IMG/VR virus record: IMGVR_UViG_3300031975_002169
Span: 1 to 63,875 of that record
DNA from: a virus
Lineage: Duplodnaviria; Caudoviricetes
DNA: 63,875 nt
Strand: one strand, 5' to 3'
Part shown: one piece after another, positions 1-8,006 of the stretch
Position numbering within the stretch: the first letter of the stretch is position 1
Layout of the letters: every line of letters begins with the position of its first letter
Program-made: the position numbers and the translations under genes
The notes under the pieces: generated by a model
Databases searched by the model: none
Told to the model about the DNA's origin: nothing
The model's input: only the letters and a program-made list of their open reading frames with translations

Positions 1-280
1 CGTGATGCTCCGCCTCCGGGAAGGCCAACTGGAGCGACCTGGTGAGGACGCCGCTGCCAGCGACGCACCAGACCTCGCTCGGCTCGAGGTCATCGGCGAC
101 CTCCCTGGCATACCTGGCCAGCTCCCCGATGAACTCTGGGCAATCCACGCCGAACGGCACGTTGAAGGCGCCGCTCTCTTCGGCGTACCCCTTCGCGCGC
201 TTCCGCACCTGCGAGAGGTACCCAGGCGCCACGGTGATGACCTGGGCGCCTGCCGCCTCCGCCGCTTTGGTGATCGGGTG
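1..280. repeat. Terminal direct repeat, copy 1 (circularisation overlap)
   Basis: Identical to 63596-63875 except at positions 92, 179, 245 and 266. Confidence 0.97.
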
Positions 281-1441
281 AGCCTCACCGCGCTGCGCGA
301 CCACGATGGTGGCGCGCTTCCCCACCGCGCGAGCTGCCAGGGTGAGGGCGAACCCGTAGGCGGGACCGCCGTAGACGAACTCCTCGTGCTCCGCCCACAC
401 CGTGCGCATCAGGCGCTCGAGGATCACCTGCTTCGTGCCACCCTCCGTTCCCGCGTTGGTCCACACCGCCTTCCCGTCCATCACGAGCAGCCGGTTCTCC
501 TCGGGGACGGCTGGCCCACTCGGCGCCGAGGCGCTGATGGTGGCCCACTGCTCGCGGTTCGCCGCTACCTGCTCGGCGCGCAGCTCGATCCCGGTGTAGG
601 CGCGCCCCACCAGCGCGCTCACCACACCGCGGACGCTGCCGCCGGCGAACGGGTCCAGCACGGAGCCGCCAGCGGGCGAGAACCAGCGCACCATCAGCTC
701 CGTGAGCACGGGATCGAAGATGCTGGTCCCGCTTCCGATCCAGCCACCGCCCTGCGCCTGGTTCCCGTTGGTGAGCAGCGTGTCGTCGCGCCCCAGCTCG
801 CTCTTGATGCCCAGGCCCAGCCACGCGCCCTTCCGCGCACGCCAGTACCCCTGTCGCGCGTCCAGCACGCTGAACGGGGGAGCGCCGAACCTGGAGGCGA
901 GGGTGGTGTGCGCGGCGTCGCGATCGCCCTCGTCCTGCTCCCGCTGCACCCCCTCCTCGGCGAGGAACGCGTCCAAGGCGTCCGTGTCCCACCCGATCAG
1001 CGTCAGCTCGCTGGGCCCGAAGTCGCTGAGAACGTCGGGGAGGAGCGCCGCATCCCAACGCGAGAACTCGCCTAGACGGTTGTCGGCGATGGCGTAGGCG
1101 CGCGCCTCGTGATCGGTGTGGCGCAGCGGCGTGAAGGGGAGGCGGTCGAACACGGTGGCATCCACCGAATCCGGCAGGTGCGCCACGATGTGCTCGATGG
1201 CGGCGAGACGTGTGTGACCAGCCTCGAGGAAGTTGTCCTCCGCGCGCAGGAGCAGCGCGTTGGTCCAGCCGAAGAACAGCATGGACTCCACGACCTTGGG
1301 GATCGCCTCGGCGTTCAGCCTGGGGTTGTCCTTCCAGGGCCGGATGTCCGCGCGCGCCACCATGGGGACGCCGTCCTCGGCGAGCCCCTTGAGGCTCTCG
1401 ACCAGCCGCTTAAGGCGACCTGCCTTGATCTTCTTCGCCAT
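1..1441 (-). CDS. 5' part of ParB-like / amino-DNA methyltransferase / PLP-enzyme fusion (723 aa in total; continues across the junction to 62865)
   Basis: Manual translation from ATG at 1441 (SD-like AAAGGGA upstream): ParB motifs PWKDNPRLN, AGHTRLAA, AYAIADNRLGE; MTase TSIFDPVLTE, motif I VLDPFAGGSVRG, motif II YTGIELRAEQV; then PLP domain GTEGGTK..EFVYGGPAYG..GKRATIVV; open frame in phase with ORF 62865..63827. Confidence 0.88.
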   Translation of the reverse strand, partial: MAKKIKAGRLKRLVESLKGLAEDGVPMVARADIRPWKDNPRLNAEAIPKVVESMLFFGWTNALLLRAEDNFLEAGHTRLAAIEHIVAHLPDSVDATVFDRLPFTPLRHTDHEARAYAIADNRLGEFSRWDAALLPDVLSDFGPSELTLIGWDTDALDAFLAEEGVQREQDEGDRDAAHTTLASRFGAPPFSVLDARQGYWRARKGAWLGLGIKSELGRDDTLLTNGNQAQGGGWIGSGTSIFDPVLTELMVRWFSPAGGSVLDPFAGGSVRGVVSALVGRAYTGIELRAEQVAANREQWATISASAPSGPAVPEENRLLVMDGKAVWTNAGTEGGTKQVILERLMRTVWAEHEEFVYGGPAYGFALTLAARAVGKRATIVVAQRGEAHPITKAAEAAGAQVITVAPGYLSQVRKRAKGYAEESGAFNVPFGVDCPEFIGELARYAREVADDLEPSEVWCVAGSGVLTRSLQLAFPEAEHH

Positions 1442-1512
1442 GCCGTTTCCGATCCCTTTCAACGCACCAACGCCCCGTCACGGTAGCATGATGGGGCGTT
1501 CGCGCGTCGTTT

Positions 1513-1671
1513 TCAGTGATGTGGGGGTGGTGGTGGCTCGTACCTCGTCAGCCTCCGCCCCAGCGCGTTAGCCGTGTCCGCCACGGTGGCCCCTGCCACC
1601 GCCAGCGCGATGCCACCCAACTCCACGAGCTGGAGGCCACGGTAGAGCCCTACGAGTGCCAGGCGCCTCAC
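1513..1671 (-). CDS. Small hydrophobic hypothetical protein (52 aa)
   Basis: GTG overlapping the upstream stop (GTGA); hydrophobic LVELGGIALAVAGA. Confidence 0.4.
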   Translation of the reverse strand: MRRLALVGLYRGLQLVELGGIALAVAGATVADTANALGRRLTRYEPPPPPHH

Positions 1672-2564
1672 CGGCGCACCGGCCAGTCCCGGCGTCGCAC
1701 GTGCTCCGGCCAGTCCGCCATGTCGGCTCCCTTGGGGTGCTCGGTGACGACGTTGGAGTTGGCGCCCATCTGCTTCACGAAGACGGGGACGCGCGCCCTG
1801 TCGCACGCGAGGATCGCCCACTCCGCCCACTGCACACTGAACGGGCGAGCGTTGGGCCCGCTCTCCCCGCCTACGATCACCCAGTGCGGCAGGTTGGGGC
1901 GGTGCGCGAAGCCGAAGTCGATGGGGCCCAGTGCGGGCTCGTAGCTGATGAAGCGGCGCGCCCCGAGGAGGTGCGTCACGGATGCCAGGGACGGCGCGCG
2001 CAGGTCATAGGCGTTCTGGTCCTCCACGCTGACGCCGACGAGGACGTGGCTCAGGCTCCGCACCTTGAAGTCCCTGGGTGTAGTGGCGCCCATGAGGGTG
2101 GTGGCGCACTGCCTCAGCACCTCCTCGGGGGCCTGGGTGCGGAGGTCAGCCTGGTGCGCGAGCCACGATTGGAAGCTTGCCAGGCGAAGCGCACGCTTGG
2201 TGAGCACCTGGAACTCGTGGTGAGGCGCTCCCGCCATGATGCCGAAGAACCCGGCGATCTCCAGGTAGCTGAGGCTCTCGTGGAAGAGGTCCGACATGGA
2301 GTTGACGAAGATGCGCCTGGGCTTGCGCCACCTGAGCGGGTCGGTGATGTGCTCAGGGACGCGGCGCACGTTGCCGTTCCACTGCGCCTTCGGCTTCCCC
2401 TGAGGGTCCAGGCGCAGGAGGCCCTCGTAGGGCCCACCAGGGCCGGCGAAGCGGCGCGCAGTGGCCTCCGCATAGCAGTGCTCACACCCCGTGGAGATGC
2501 GGGAGCACCCGCGGATCGGGTTCCAGGTGGAGTCGGTCCACTCGATGTTCGACGAGTCAGCCAC
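1668..2564 (-). CDS. Phage Gp37/Gp68 family (DUF5131) radical-SAM-like protein
   Basis: IEWTDSTWNPIRGCSRISTGCEHCYAE (CX6CX2C), IFVNSMSDLFH, FQVLTKR, SYEPALG, WVIVGGESG, VFVKQMG. Confidence 0.92.
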   Translation of the reverse strand: MADSSNIEWTDSTWNPIRGCSRISTGCEHCYAEATARRFAGPGGPYEGLLRLDPQGKPKAQWNGNVRRVPEHITDPLRWRKPRRIFVNSMSDLFHESLSYLEIAGFFGIMAGAPHHEFQVLTKRALRLASFQSWLAHQADLRTQAPEEVLRQCATTLMGATTPRDFKVRSLSHVLVGVSVEDQNAYDLRAPSLASVTHLLGARRFISYEPALGPIDFGFAHRPNLPHWVIVGGESGPNARPFSVQWAEWAILACDRARVPVFVKQMGANSNVVTEHPKGADMADWPEHVRRRDWPVRR

Positions 2565-3054
2565 CCGCCACCTCGCTCACCGGACAGGTGCAGTCCTCGT
2601 CCATGTCGCAGTCCTCGGCGTGCGTGGGGCCGGACTCCTGGCCCATCAGACCCAGCGCAGCGATGAGCGCCTGGAGCGCTTCCTCGGCAGCGGTGAGCCT
2701 GGTGTTCATCGCCGCCAGCTCACGGAGGATCGCCTGGCGCTCGGTGTCCTCCCCGGTGCCCAGAACGCCCATCGCGACCGCGACACGCCAGAGCGCCTCC
2801 AGCTCGGTCGCGCCCGAGGCGAAGGAGCCGCCAGCATCGGCGAGCCATCCGCCCACCGTCCGGCGCAGGAGCACCTCCTGGCACGTGGCCACCTGGAGCG
2901 CCTCGAGCGTCGCCGTTGGGGCGGCGTCCTCCGAGGTGGCGTCCGTTGCAGTGATGGACACGCCGTTGTGCTCGATGCGGATCATGCCTGGGGCCGGCTC
3001 GCTCCACGAGGCGCCCCAGATCGTGTTCAACCAATCAACCCAGCTCTTCGTCAT
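2557..3054 (-). CDS. Hypothetical protein
   Basis: ATGA-coupled ORF starting MTKSWVDW; C-terminal HxxDC..DCTC. Confidence 0.55.
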   Translation of the reverse strand: MTKSWVDWLNTIWGASWSEPAPGMIRIEHNGVSITATDATSEDAAPTATLEALQVATCQEVLLRRTVGGWLADAGGSFASGATELEALWRVAVAMGVLGTGEDTERQAILRELAAMNTRLTAAEEALQALIAALGLMGQESGPTHAEDCDMDEDCTCPVSEVAGG

Positions 3055-3668
3055 CTGACCCTTCCCTTCTGCGCGATGCGCCGATCCAAGTCCTCGATCC
3101 AGCGCACGCACACCGCCGCCACCTGTACCAGCTCACCACGGAGCTTCACAGGATCCGTCTCGTGCATCACCTCCACCACCTCCTCGAGGAGGATCCAGGC
3201 GAACGTGATGCGGTCGTTGTGCTCCGCCCAGTCCCACAAGCGGCGCATCATGCGCATGGGGGGGACGTGCATCGCCGGGCCCTCGCCATCGCCGAACCCG
3301 GTCCCATCCTGGTGGCCATCGTGCCCCCAGAGCATCACCTGGCGCATCCGCTCCTGTAGCACCGGGATCATCGCGGACCTCGCCCGTCGGTGAGAAGCCC
3401 TGTCGCGCACGGAAGCACGCTCGGCGCGTGCGTCGAGGATGTGCGTGGCGCAGATGCCGCAGACGCCGTCCGTGACGCTCGGGTGGGTGCAGTATCCGCA
3501 CTCCAGGTGAGCCAGGCACCCGAACCCGTCCATGTCCGGCAGCTCCTCCCCGCACCTGGGACACGTCATGGTGGGGACCAGCTCCTCGTCCCCAGCCACC
3601 GGACGCGTTGAGCACGCCCCTGGGTGGTACATGGGACGAACGCAGTTGAGGTGGGGGCACGGTGTCAC
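3051..3668 (-). CDS. Cys-rich N-terminus fused to MazG-like NTP pyrophosphohydrolase domain
   Basis: ILLEEVVEV..LRGELVQVAAVCVRWIE (EExxE..E pattern); several CxxC motifs; GTG start coupled to the upstream stop. Confidence 0.65.
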   Translation of the reverse strand: MTPCPHLNCVRPMYHPGACSTRPVAGDEELVPTMTCPRCGEELPDMDGFGCLAHLECGYCTHPSVTDGVCGICATHILDARAERASVRDRASHRRARSAMIPVLQERMRQVMLWGHDGHQDGTGFGDGEGPAMHVPPMRMMRRLWDWAEHNDRITFAWILLEEVVEVMHETDPVKLRGELVQVAAVCVRWIEDLDRRIAQKGRVR

Positions 3669-4060
3669 CGGCGCACCGCCTTCACCCTGGTGCGCATCCA
3701 CTCGGGGGCCACGTCGGCCACCGCCGCAACGGCGTCGCGCTCCAGCCGCTCGAGATCGGCCCTTCGTGCCGCTCGTGGCCACGGGATCACCACGTCCAGC
3801 TCCAGCACCACCGAACCCACGCCAAGCGGCTGGTCGTACCGGAGGCGCACGAGCGTGGCCTCTGGCACGCCTGCAAAGATCGCCCCCACCAGCGTGGGGA
3901 TGGCAGCCTTCGGCACGTGGAACCCTGCGTTCGCCCGCGTGTAGATGGCAGCGGCGCGCGCGTTGCGCTCCGGGTCTGGGCTCGTGGCCAAGAGCCACCC
4001 CATCGCGAAGATCGCCACCACCGCTACCACCGCCACCACTGCTGAGATTACTTCCATCAC
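3665..4060 (-). CDS. Membrane-anchored hypothetical protein
   Basis: N-terminal TM segment VISAVVAVVAVVAIFAMGWLL. Confidence 0.6.
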   Translation of the reverse strand: MMEVISAVVAVVAVVAIFAMGWLLATSPDPERNARAAAIYTRANAGFHVPKAAIPTLVGAIFAGVPEATLVRLRYDQPLGVGSVVLELDVVIPWPRAARRADLERLERDAVAAVADVAPEWMRTRVKAVRR

Positions 4061-4281
4061 GTTTCTCCCTTTCCCCACGCTTTCAGCGCCAGACGCCGAG
4101 CCTCCCTGGTGCACCTGGTGGGGCACCCGCACCCTCGGCCGATCAACCCCCATGGACACGGTTTCACGCCCTCCTCCGCCAGCGTGGTCGCCTTGATGAC
4201 GGCCTGTGCCTGCGTGTAGGCGACCTGGCGCCAGCGCTCCGCCTCGGCCTTCCAGAAGGCCAGTTCCTCGTCCTTGGTCAC
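4057..4281 (-). CDS. Small hypothetical protein (74 aa)
   Basis: Coupled start and stop on both sides; TKDEELAFWKAEAERWR. Confidence 0.5.
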   Translation of the reverse strand: MTKDEELAFWKAEAERWRQVAYTQAQAVIKATTLAEEGVKPCPWGLIGRGCGCPTRCTREARRLALKAWGKGET

Positions 4282-4913
4282 GCTGCCTCGTTTCCGCGTG
4301 CGACCCAGCCTGGGCGCGCCACACGTGAGAAGTACTCCACCCTCGGGCCCCTGCTGACGCGCTCGATCAGCGCGTAACTCTCGGGTGGCTTGCGGGAATG
4401 GATGCGCCTGCCGTTCTCCTTCGGCACAGGGGCGAAGAGCGGGCTCGCCACCCCACGATCGCCACCCCACACCTCGTCGCTCTGGCCCTTGCCGCGCACG
4501 CCGAACAGGAGGATCTCGTGCGCGCCTCGCGCGTACTGGCCGATCCCGATGTCCAGCTTGGGGACGACCCTCTGGCTCACGTAGGGGTCTGGCACCATCA
4601 GGAGCGCGCCCGTCTCGTCGACCTTGACCTTGATCCATGGGTAGGTCCGGACGAATCGGAAGCCGAGCATCGGGTACATGTCCATCCCGCTCTGGAGATA
4701 GTTGTCCGTGACCCAGATCCAGAGGTGGGCATCCTGCGCCGGCGACCACCCCATGGAGCGGATCGCGCCCACCATCGGCTCGGCCACGTTCTTCCCTGGC
4801 TGCCCGAGGGTGGGGTAGTGGTTCTGAGCGCCGCGCCCTCCACCACCGCGCTCGGGCCACGGTGGGTCCGCCAGGTGGCACACGAACTCGGTCTCCCCGA
4901 AGAGGTTCTTCAC
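4278..4913 (-). CDS. MT-A70 family adenine methyltransferase
   Basis: LADPPW, HLWIWVT, HEILLFGVRG, HSRKP, EYFSR..RPGW..RGNE. Confidence 0.9.
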   Translation of the reverse strand: MKNLFGETEFVCHLADPPWPERGGGGRGAQNHYPTLGQPGKNVAEPMVGAIRSMGWSPAQDAHLWIWVTDNYLQSGMDMYPMLGFRFVRTYPWIKVKVDETGALLMVPDPYVSQRVVPKLDIGIGQYARGAHEILLFGVRGKGQSDEVWGGDRGVASPLFAPVPKENGRRIHSRKPPESYALIERVSRGPRVEYFSRVARPGWVARGNEAA

Positions 4914-5230
4914 CGGCGCACCCCAGCGATCTCCGGGTACTCGCCGGCGAGCGCGCCAACGGAGCGCCCGAACACGGCGTCCACCAGCGGCGCCTCAGCC
5001 ACCGCCACATCCTCCTCGCAGGTGGCGCAGAGGTGGGGCCCATCGCCGGGCCCACCCAGCACCGAACCGCAGTCCCGGCAGGTGCACGCGCAGAGGTACA
5101 TGGGAGCAGGCCCCACCTCCTCGCCGCACTCCTCGCACCGCTCCGGTCCGCCATCCTGGCACCCGCAGCTCCCATCATCGTGGATCTTGCTGGCGCACGT
5201 GTCACACCAGCCTTCCCTCGGGTCTTCCAT
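4910..5230 (-). CDS. Cys-rich zinc-binding hypothetical protein
   Basis: Multiple CxxC motifs; SD AAGGGAG upstream. Confidence 0.6.
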   Translation of the reverse strand: MEDPREGWCDTCASKIHDDGSCGCQDGGPERCEECGEEVGPAPMYLCACTCRDCGSVLGGPGDGPHLCATCEEDVAVAEAPLVDAVFGRSVGALAGEYPEIAGVRR

Positions 5231-5287
5231 CGTCGTGTCTCCCTTCCTGCCGACGTCGCCGGCGAGCGCGCGCGCCTGGGGGGCGCC

Positions 5288-5668
5288 CTAGCGTGACGTG
5301 GTCTTCAACGTCCCCAGCGTATTCTCCAGCACCACCCACTCCGCCTCGGTGCGAGCCACGAGCAGGGTCACCGGGATGCCACGCACGAGCAGGTCGTAGC
5401 GATCGCGCCCCCTGGCGACGCTGGCCACCTTTGAGAGGCCCAGGCGAGCCTCCACGTGGACCAGCTCGCGGAGCTTGGTCTCGAGCGGCACCTCCTCCAG
5501 CTCCCCGAAGATGTTGCGCACCTCGCTGGCCCAGCAGTAGAGCGTCCCGCCATCCACCAGATCGGTGGGGGCGGACTGGTCGTCCGCCAGGCGGATGGCC
5601 TTGCAAGTGCCGACCAGGAGGCTGAGCACCTCAGTGGCGGCAGTGCGCGCGACCATGGCTCGGATCAC
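5288..5668 (-). CDS. Hypothetical protein
   Basis: Coupled ORF in the minus-strand operon. Confidence 0.55.
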   Translation of the reverse strand: MIRAMVARTAATEVLSLLVGTCKAIRLADDQSAPTDLVDGGTLYCWASEVRNIFGELEEVPLETKLRELVHVEARLGLSKVASVARGRDRYDLLVRGIPVTLLVARTEAEWVVLENTLGTLKTTSR

Positions 5669-6036
5669 GCTGCGTCCTCCTCGTCGTCCTCGTCCTCGAG
5701 GGCGCGCTCCGCCATGCCGATGACGGCCTGTGCGCGCCCCATGGCCTCAGCCAGCCTGCCCCTGGCCTGCTCCTGGTCACGCGCCTGTGCGTTGGTGTCC
5801 AGCTCCGACACGGCGTCGTGAAGCTCGGAGAGCGCCATCACCGGATCGGTCTCGGGACGCTGCATCAGCTCGACGAGCCGGAGCGCCTTGATCGCGCTCT
5901 TGAGCGCACCCAGCTCGCTCACGTCGAAGCTGAGGTCTTTCCCGCCACCGCGCTTCACGCGCCCGTCCAGATAGGTGGCGCGTCGCTCCAGCACGGCGAT
6001 CCGCGAGCTGATTCTCCGAATCTTGAGTCTACTCAC
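5665..6036 (-). CDS. Hypothetical helical protein with acidic tail
   Basis: Coupled ORF ending EDEDDEEDAA. Confidence 0.6.
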   Translation of the reverse strand: MSRLKIRRISSRIAVLERRATYLDGRVKRGGGKDLSFDVSELGALKSAIKALRLVELMQRPETDPVMALSELHDAVSELDTNAQARDQEQARGRLAEAMGRAQAVIGMAERALEDEDDEEDAA

Positions 6037-6610
6037 CAGCCTGTTCTCCCTTCCTGGCCTTGCGGTTCACCGCCTTGGCCGATGCCATCGTACCACGGCG
6101 AAGCGCCGTCGCCAGCATGAGCTTCACCTGCGTTTCAACCATGAGCAGGTGCGTCCCCTCCACCGTATCACACCCCATGACGCCAGGGATGCGCCGGTGC
6201 GCGTGGAAGCTGTCGTGACACGCGCGGCAGAACGGGACCACGAGCAGGTCGTGCGTCTTCTGGCCCATGCCCCTGGGACCGTAGTGGTGGGGGTCCGAGG
6301 GCGGCGCAGCCCCGCACGCGCAACACGAGCGCCCTCGCACGAACGTGAGGTGCTCCTCGTCGCGCATCGGCGCCTCTGGCTTGGGTTGGGCCTCCATGCG
6401 CGCTGGCCCCCTGTTCACCACCCGCTTGACCGGGGCTGGCGCCTCCCGCTCCGGGCTGGCAGCCACCGAGCGCCCGAAGTCGAGCTTGGCCACCGGGACC
6501 ATGCGCTCCTTCCCGTCAGAGAACCGGACGCGCGCCTTGTCGCCCTTGGTGTAGAGCACGAAGACCTCGCTGGCTCTGCCGGAGAAGTCGCGGAATCGAG
6601 CTTCACTCAT
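6029..6610 (-). CDS. DUF968 / Ref-like HNH-type nuclease
   Basis: HLTFVRGRSCCACG..DPHH..GMGQKTHDLLVVPFCRACHDSFH. Confidence 0.75.
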   Translation of the reverse strand: MSEARFRDFSGRASEVFVLYTKGDKARVRFSDGKERMVPVAKLDFGRSVAASPEREAPAPVKRVVNRGPARMEAQPKPEAPMRDEEHLTFVRGRSCCACGAAPPSDPHHYGPRGMGQKTHDLLVVPFCRACHDSFHAHRRIPGVMGCDTVEGTHLLMVETQVKLMLATALRRGTMASAKAVNRKARKGEQAGE

Positions 6611-6953
6611 CGAAGACCCCGCGGAGCACTTCCTCGACGATGTTGGCGACACCAGCGTGCCCCAGGGCCACGCTGGCAGGGCCGTTCTGGAGGATGTCGG
6701 CGACGCGCTCCACCGCCTGCTTCCTGCCGGCGTCCACCGCGTGCATCAGCACGCGCACGTCCTGCTCCATCTGGCTCAGGTGGGGCTCGAGGGCAGCGTT
6801 CTCCGCTGCCGGCGTCTCGAGCGGCACACCGCCACGCTTGATGATGCGCACGTGGATCGCACGCACGATGCGCCAGCACGTCGCCTCGATGGCCTCTCGG
6901 CTGCTCAGCTCGTCCTGAGCGCCCACCACCTCGTCGTCAGCTAGGGTTCCCAT
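6603..6953 (-). CDS. Hypothetical protein
   Basis: Overlapping ORF in operon. Confidence 0.55.
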   Translation of the reverse strand: MGTLADDEVVGAQDELSSREAIEATCWRIVRAIHVRIIKRGGVPLETPAAENAALEPHLSQMEQDVRVLMHAVDAGRKQAVERVADILQNGPASVALGHAGVANIVEEVLRGVFDE

Positions 6954-7461
6954 CGATCCTCCGGTAGCCTTGGTTCAGGGTGCCCACGCACCCGCATCGC
7001 CGCATCCCGCGATCGATGGCCCCCTGGTGGTCCATCTCGCCGCCCCAGGTGTCTGGCGTCTCAGCGCATGGCCTGGCAGCGACGCGCCCTTGGACCAGGG
7101 CCAGCGCGTAGGCGCGCACCTGGGCCCATCGAGCCCGGTAGAGGCGCCACGGTGGCCACGTCTCGGGCCACCCCTCTGGCTCGTCATCGCCCCAGGTGAG
7201 CCCCCTGGTCCAGATGCAGTTCCCACCCGTGCACTCGCGATCGCCTAGCACGCGCGCGGAGTGCGCACGGAGCCACCCGAGCCGGGCTGACGTCGTGCTC
7301 CCGTGCGCTTCGGTGACCTGCCACACCAGGGCGACGTCAGCGGGTGCGCGGAACCCGGCCTCGTTCACGGCGACCTTGGCCACCGCCAGCGCCAGCTCCC
7401 GCTCCGCGCGCGTCTGCGCAGAGGCGCCACCAGCGGCACCGAGCAGCGCGAGCAGCGTCAC
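6937..7461 (-). CDS. Secreted protein, possibly SleB/Hydrolase_2-like cell-wall hydrolase (start may be 7485)
   Basis: Signal peptide LLALLGAAGGASA-Q; LALAVAKVAVNEAG resembles the LAxxxxxEAxG catalytic helix. Confidence 0.45.
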   Translation of the reverse strand: MTLLALLGAAGGASAQTRAERELALAVAKVAVNEAGFRAPADVALVWQVTEAHGSTTSARLGWLRAHSARVLGDRECTGGNCIWTRGLTWGDDEPEGWPETWPPWRLYRARWAQVRAYALALVQGRVAARPCAETPDTWGGEMDHQGAIDRGMRRCGCVGTLNQGYRRIDGNPS

Positions 7462-8006
7462 GAGCGCGTGAACCACTCGAACCAATCGGCCATCGAAAAC
7501 GTGTCTGCACATGCCTCTCTCCTGTTCCCTTGTTCGTCTACCCATCCGCCCAGCCGCGCGCGTGCGTGCGCGAGTGCGAGCGGTTTCGTGTCGCCCTTCT
7601 GGCGCTTGCCTGTGCGCGGAAGGATGGTCTGCCAGCTCGACGGTGGCACGCTGACCACCTCGAGCACCGGCTTCGCCTGGAGGATGTGGCCCACGATCAC
7701 TCCCGTGGTCCACGCCAGGCGCTTGGTCGTCTTGGGGTTGCTCCCGAAGAACTGGTCCTCGATCACCCACACTTCCACGCCACGCTCGGCGCCCACCGTG
7801 GCGAGGGTTCGGTTGCCGGACCCGTACCCACCCAGCGTGACGCGCTTGTCGGGCGGCCTCGGCCACTCACCCACCCCCACCCCGAGGTCCCAGATGAGCG
7901 CCACCCCCTCGGCGCCAGGATCGATGAACCCGATCGGCACGTTCCTCGGTGTGCCCTGCCGGATGTGCTGGGTGTCTCCCTTGTCGTGGGTGCGGAAAAT
8001 CGTCAT
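7458..8006 (-). CDS. RuvC-like Holliday junction resolvase
   Basis: GFIDPG, VIEDQFFG, LAWTTGVI, VPPSSWQ, K..ALA, ADTFSMA. Confidence 0.75.
   Translation of the reverse strand: MTIFRTHDKGDTQHIRQGTPRNVPIGFIDPGAEGVALIWDLGVGVGEWPRPPDKRVTLGGYGSGNRTLATVGAERGVEVWVIEDQFFGSNPKTTKRLAWTTGVIVGHILQAKPVLEVVSVPPSSWQTILPRTGKRQKGDTKPLALAHARARLGGWVDEQGNRREACADTFSMADWFEWFTRS

Noticed and set aside
1-280. Repeat as a biological fixed direct terminal repeat (T7-like)
   Set aside because: It lies mid-gene and the copies differ at synonymous sites, which fits an assembly overlap of a circular or permuted genome
1-520. Insert in the MTase as an intein or homing endonuclease
   Set aside because: No Cys/Ser N-terminal or His-Asn C-terminal splice motifs and no LAGLIDADG/HNH; motifs fit a PLP enzyme
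980-1441. ParB domain as evidence for a plasmid-prophage partition system
   Set aside because: It is fused to an MTase, and no ParA or parS-like array was seen
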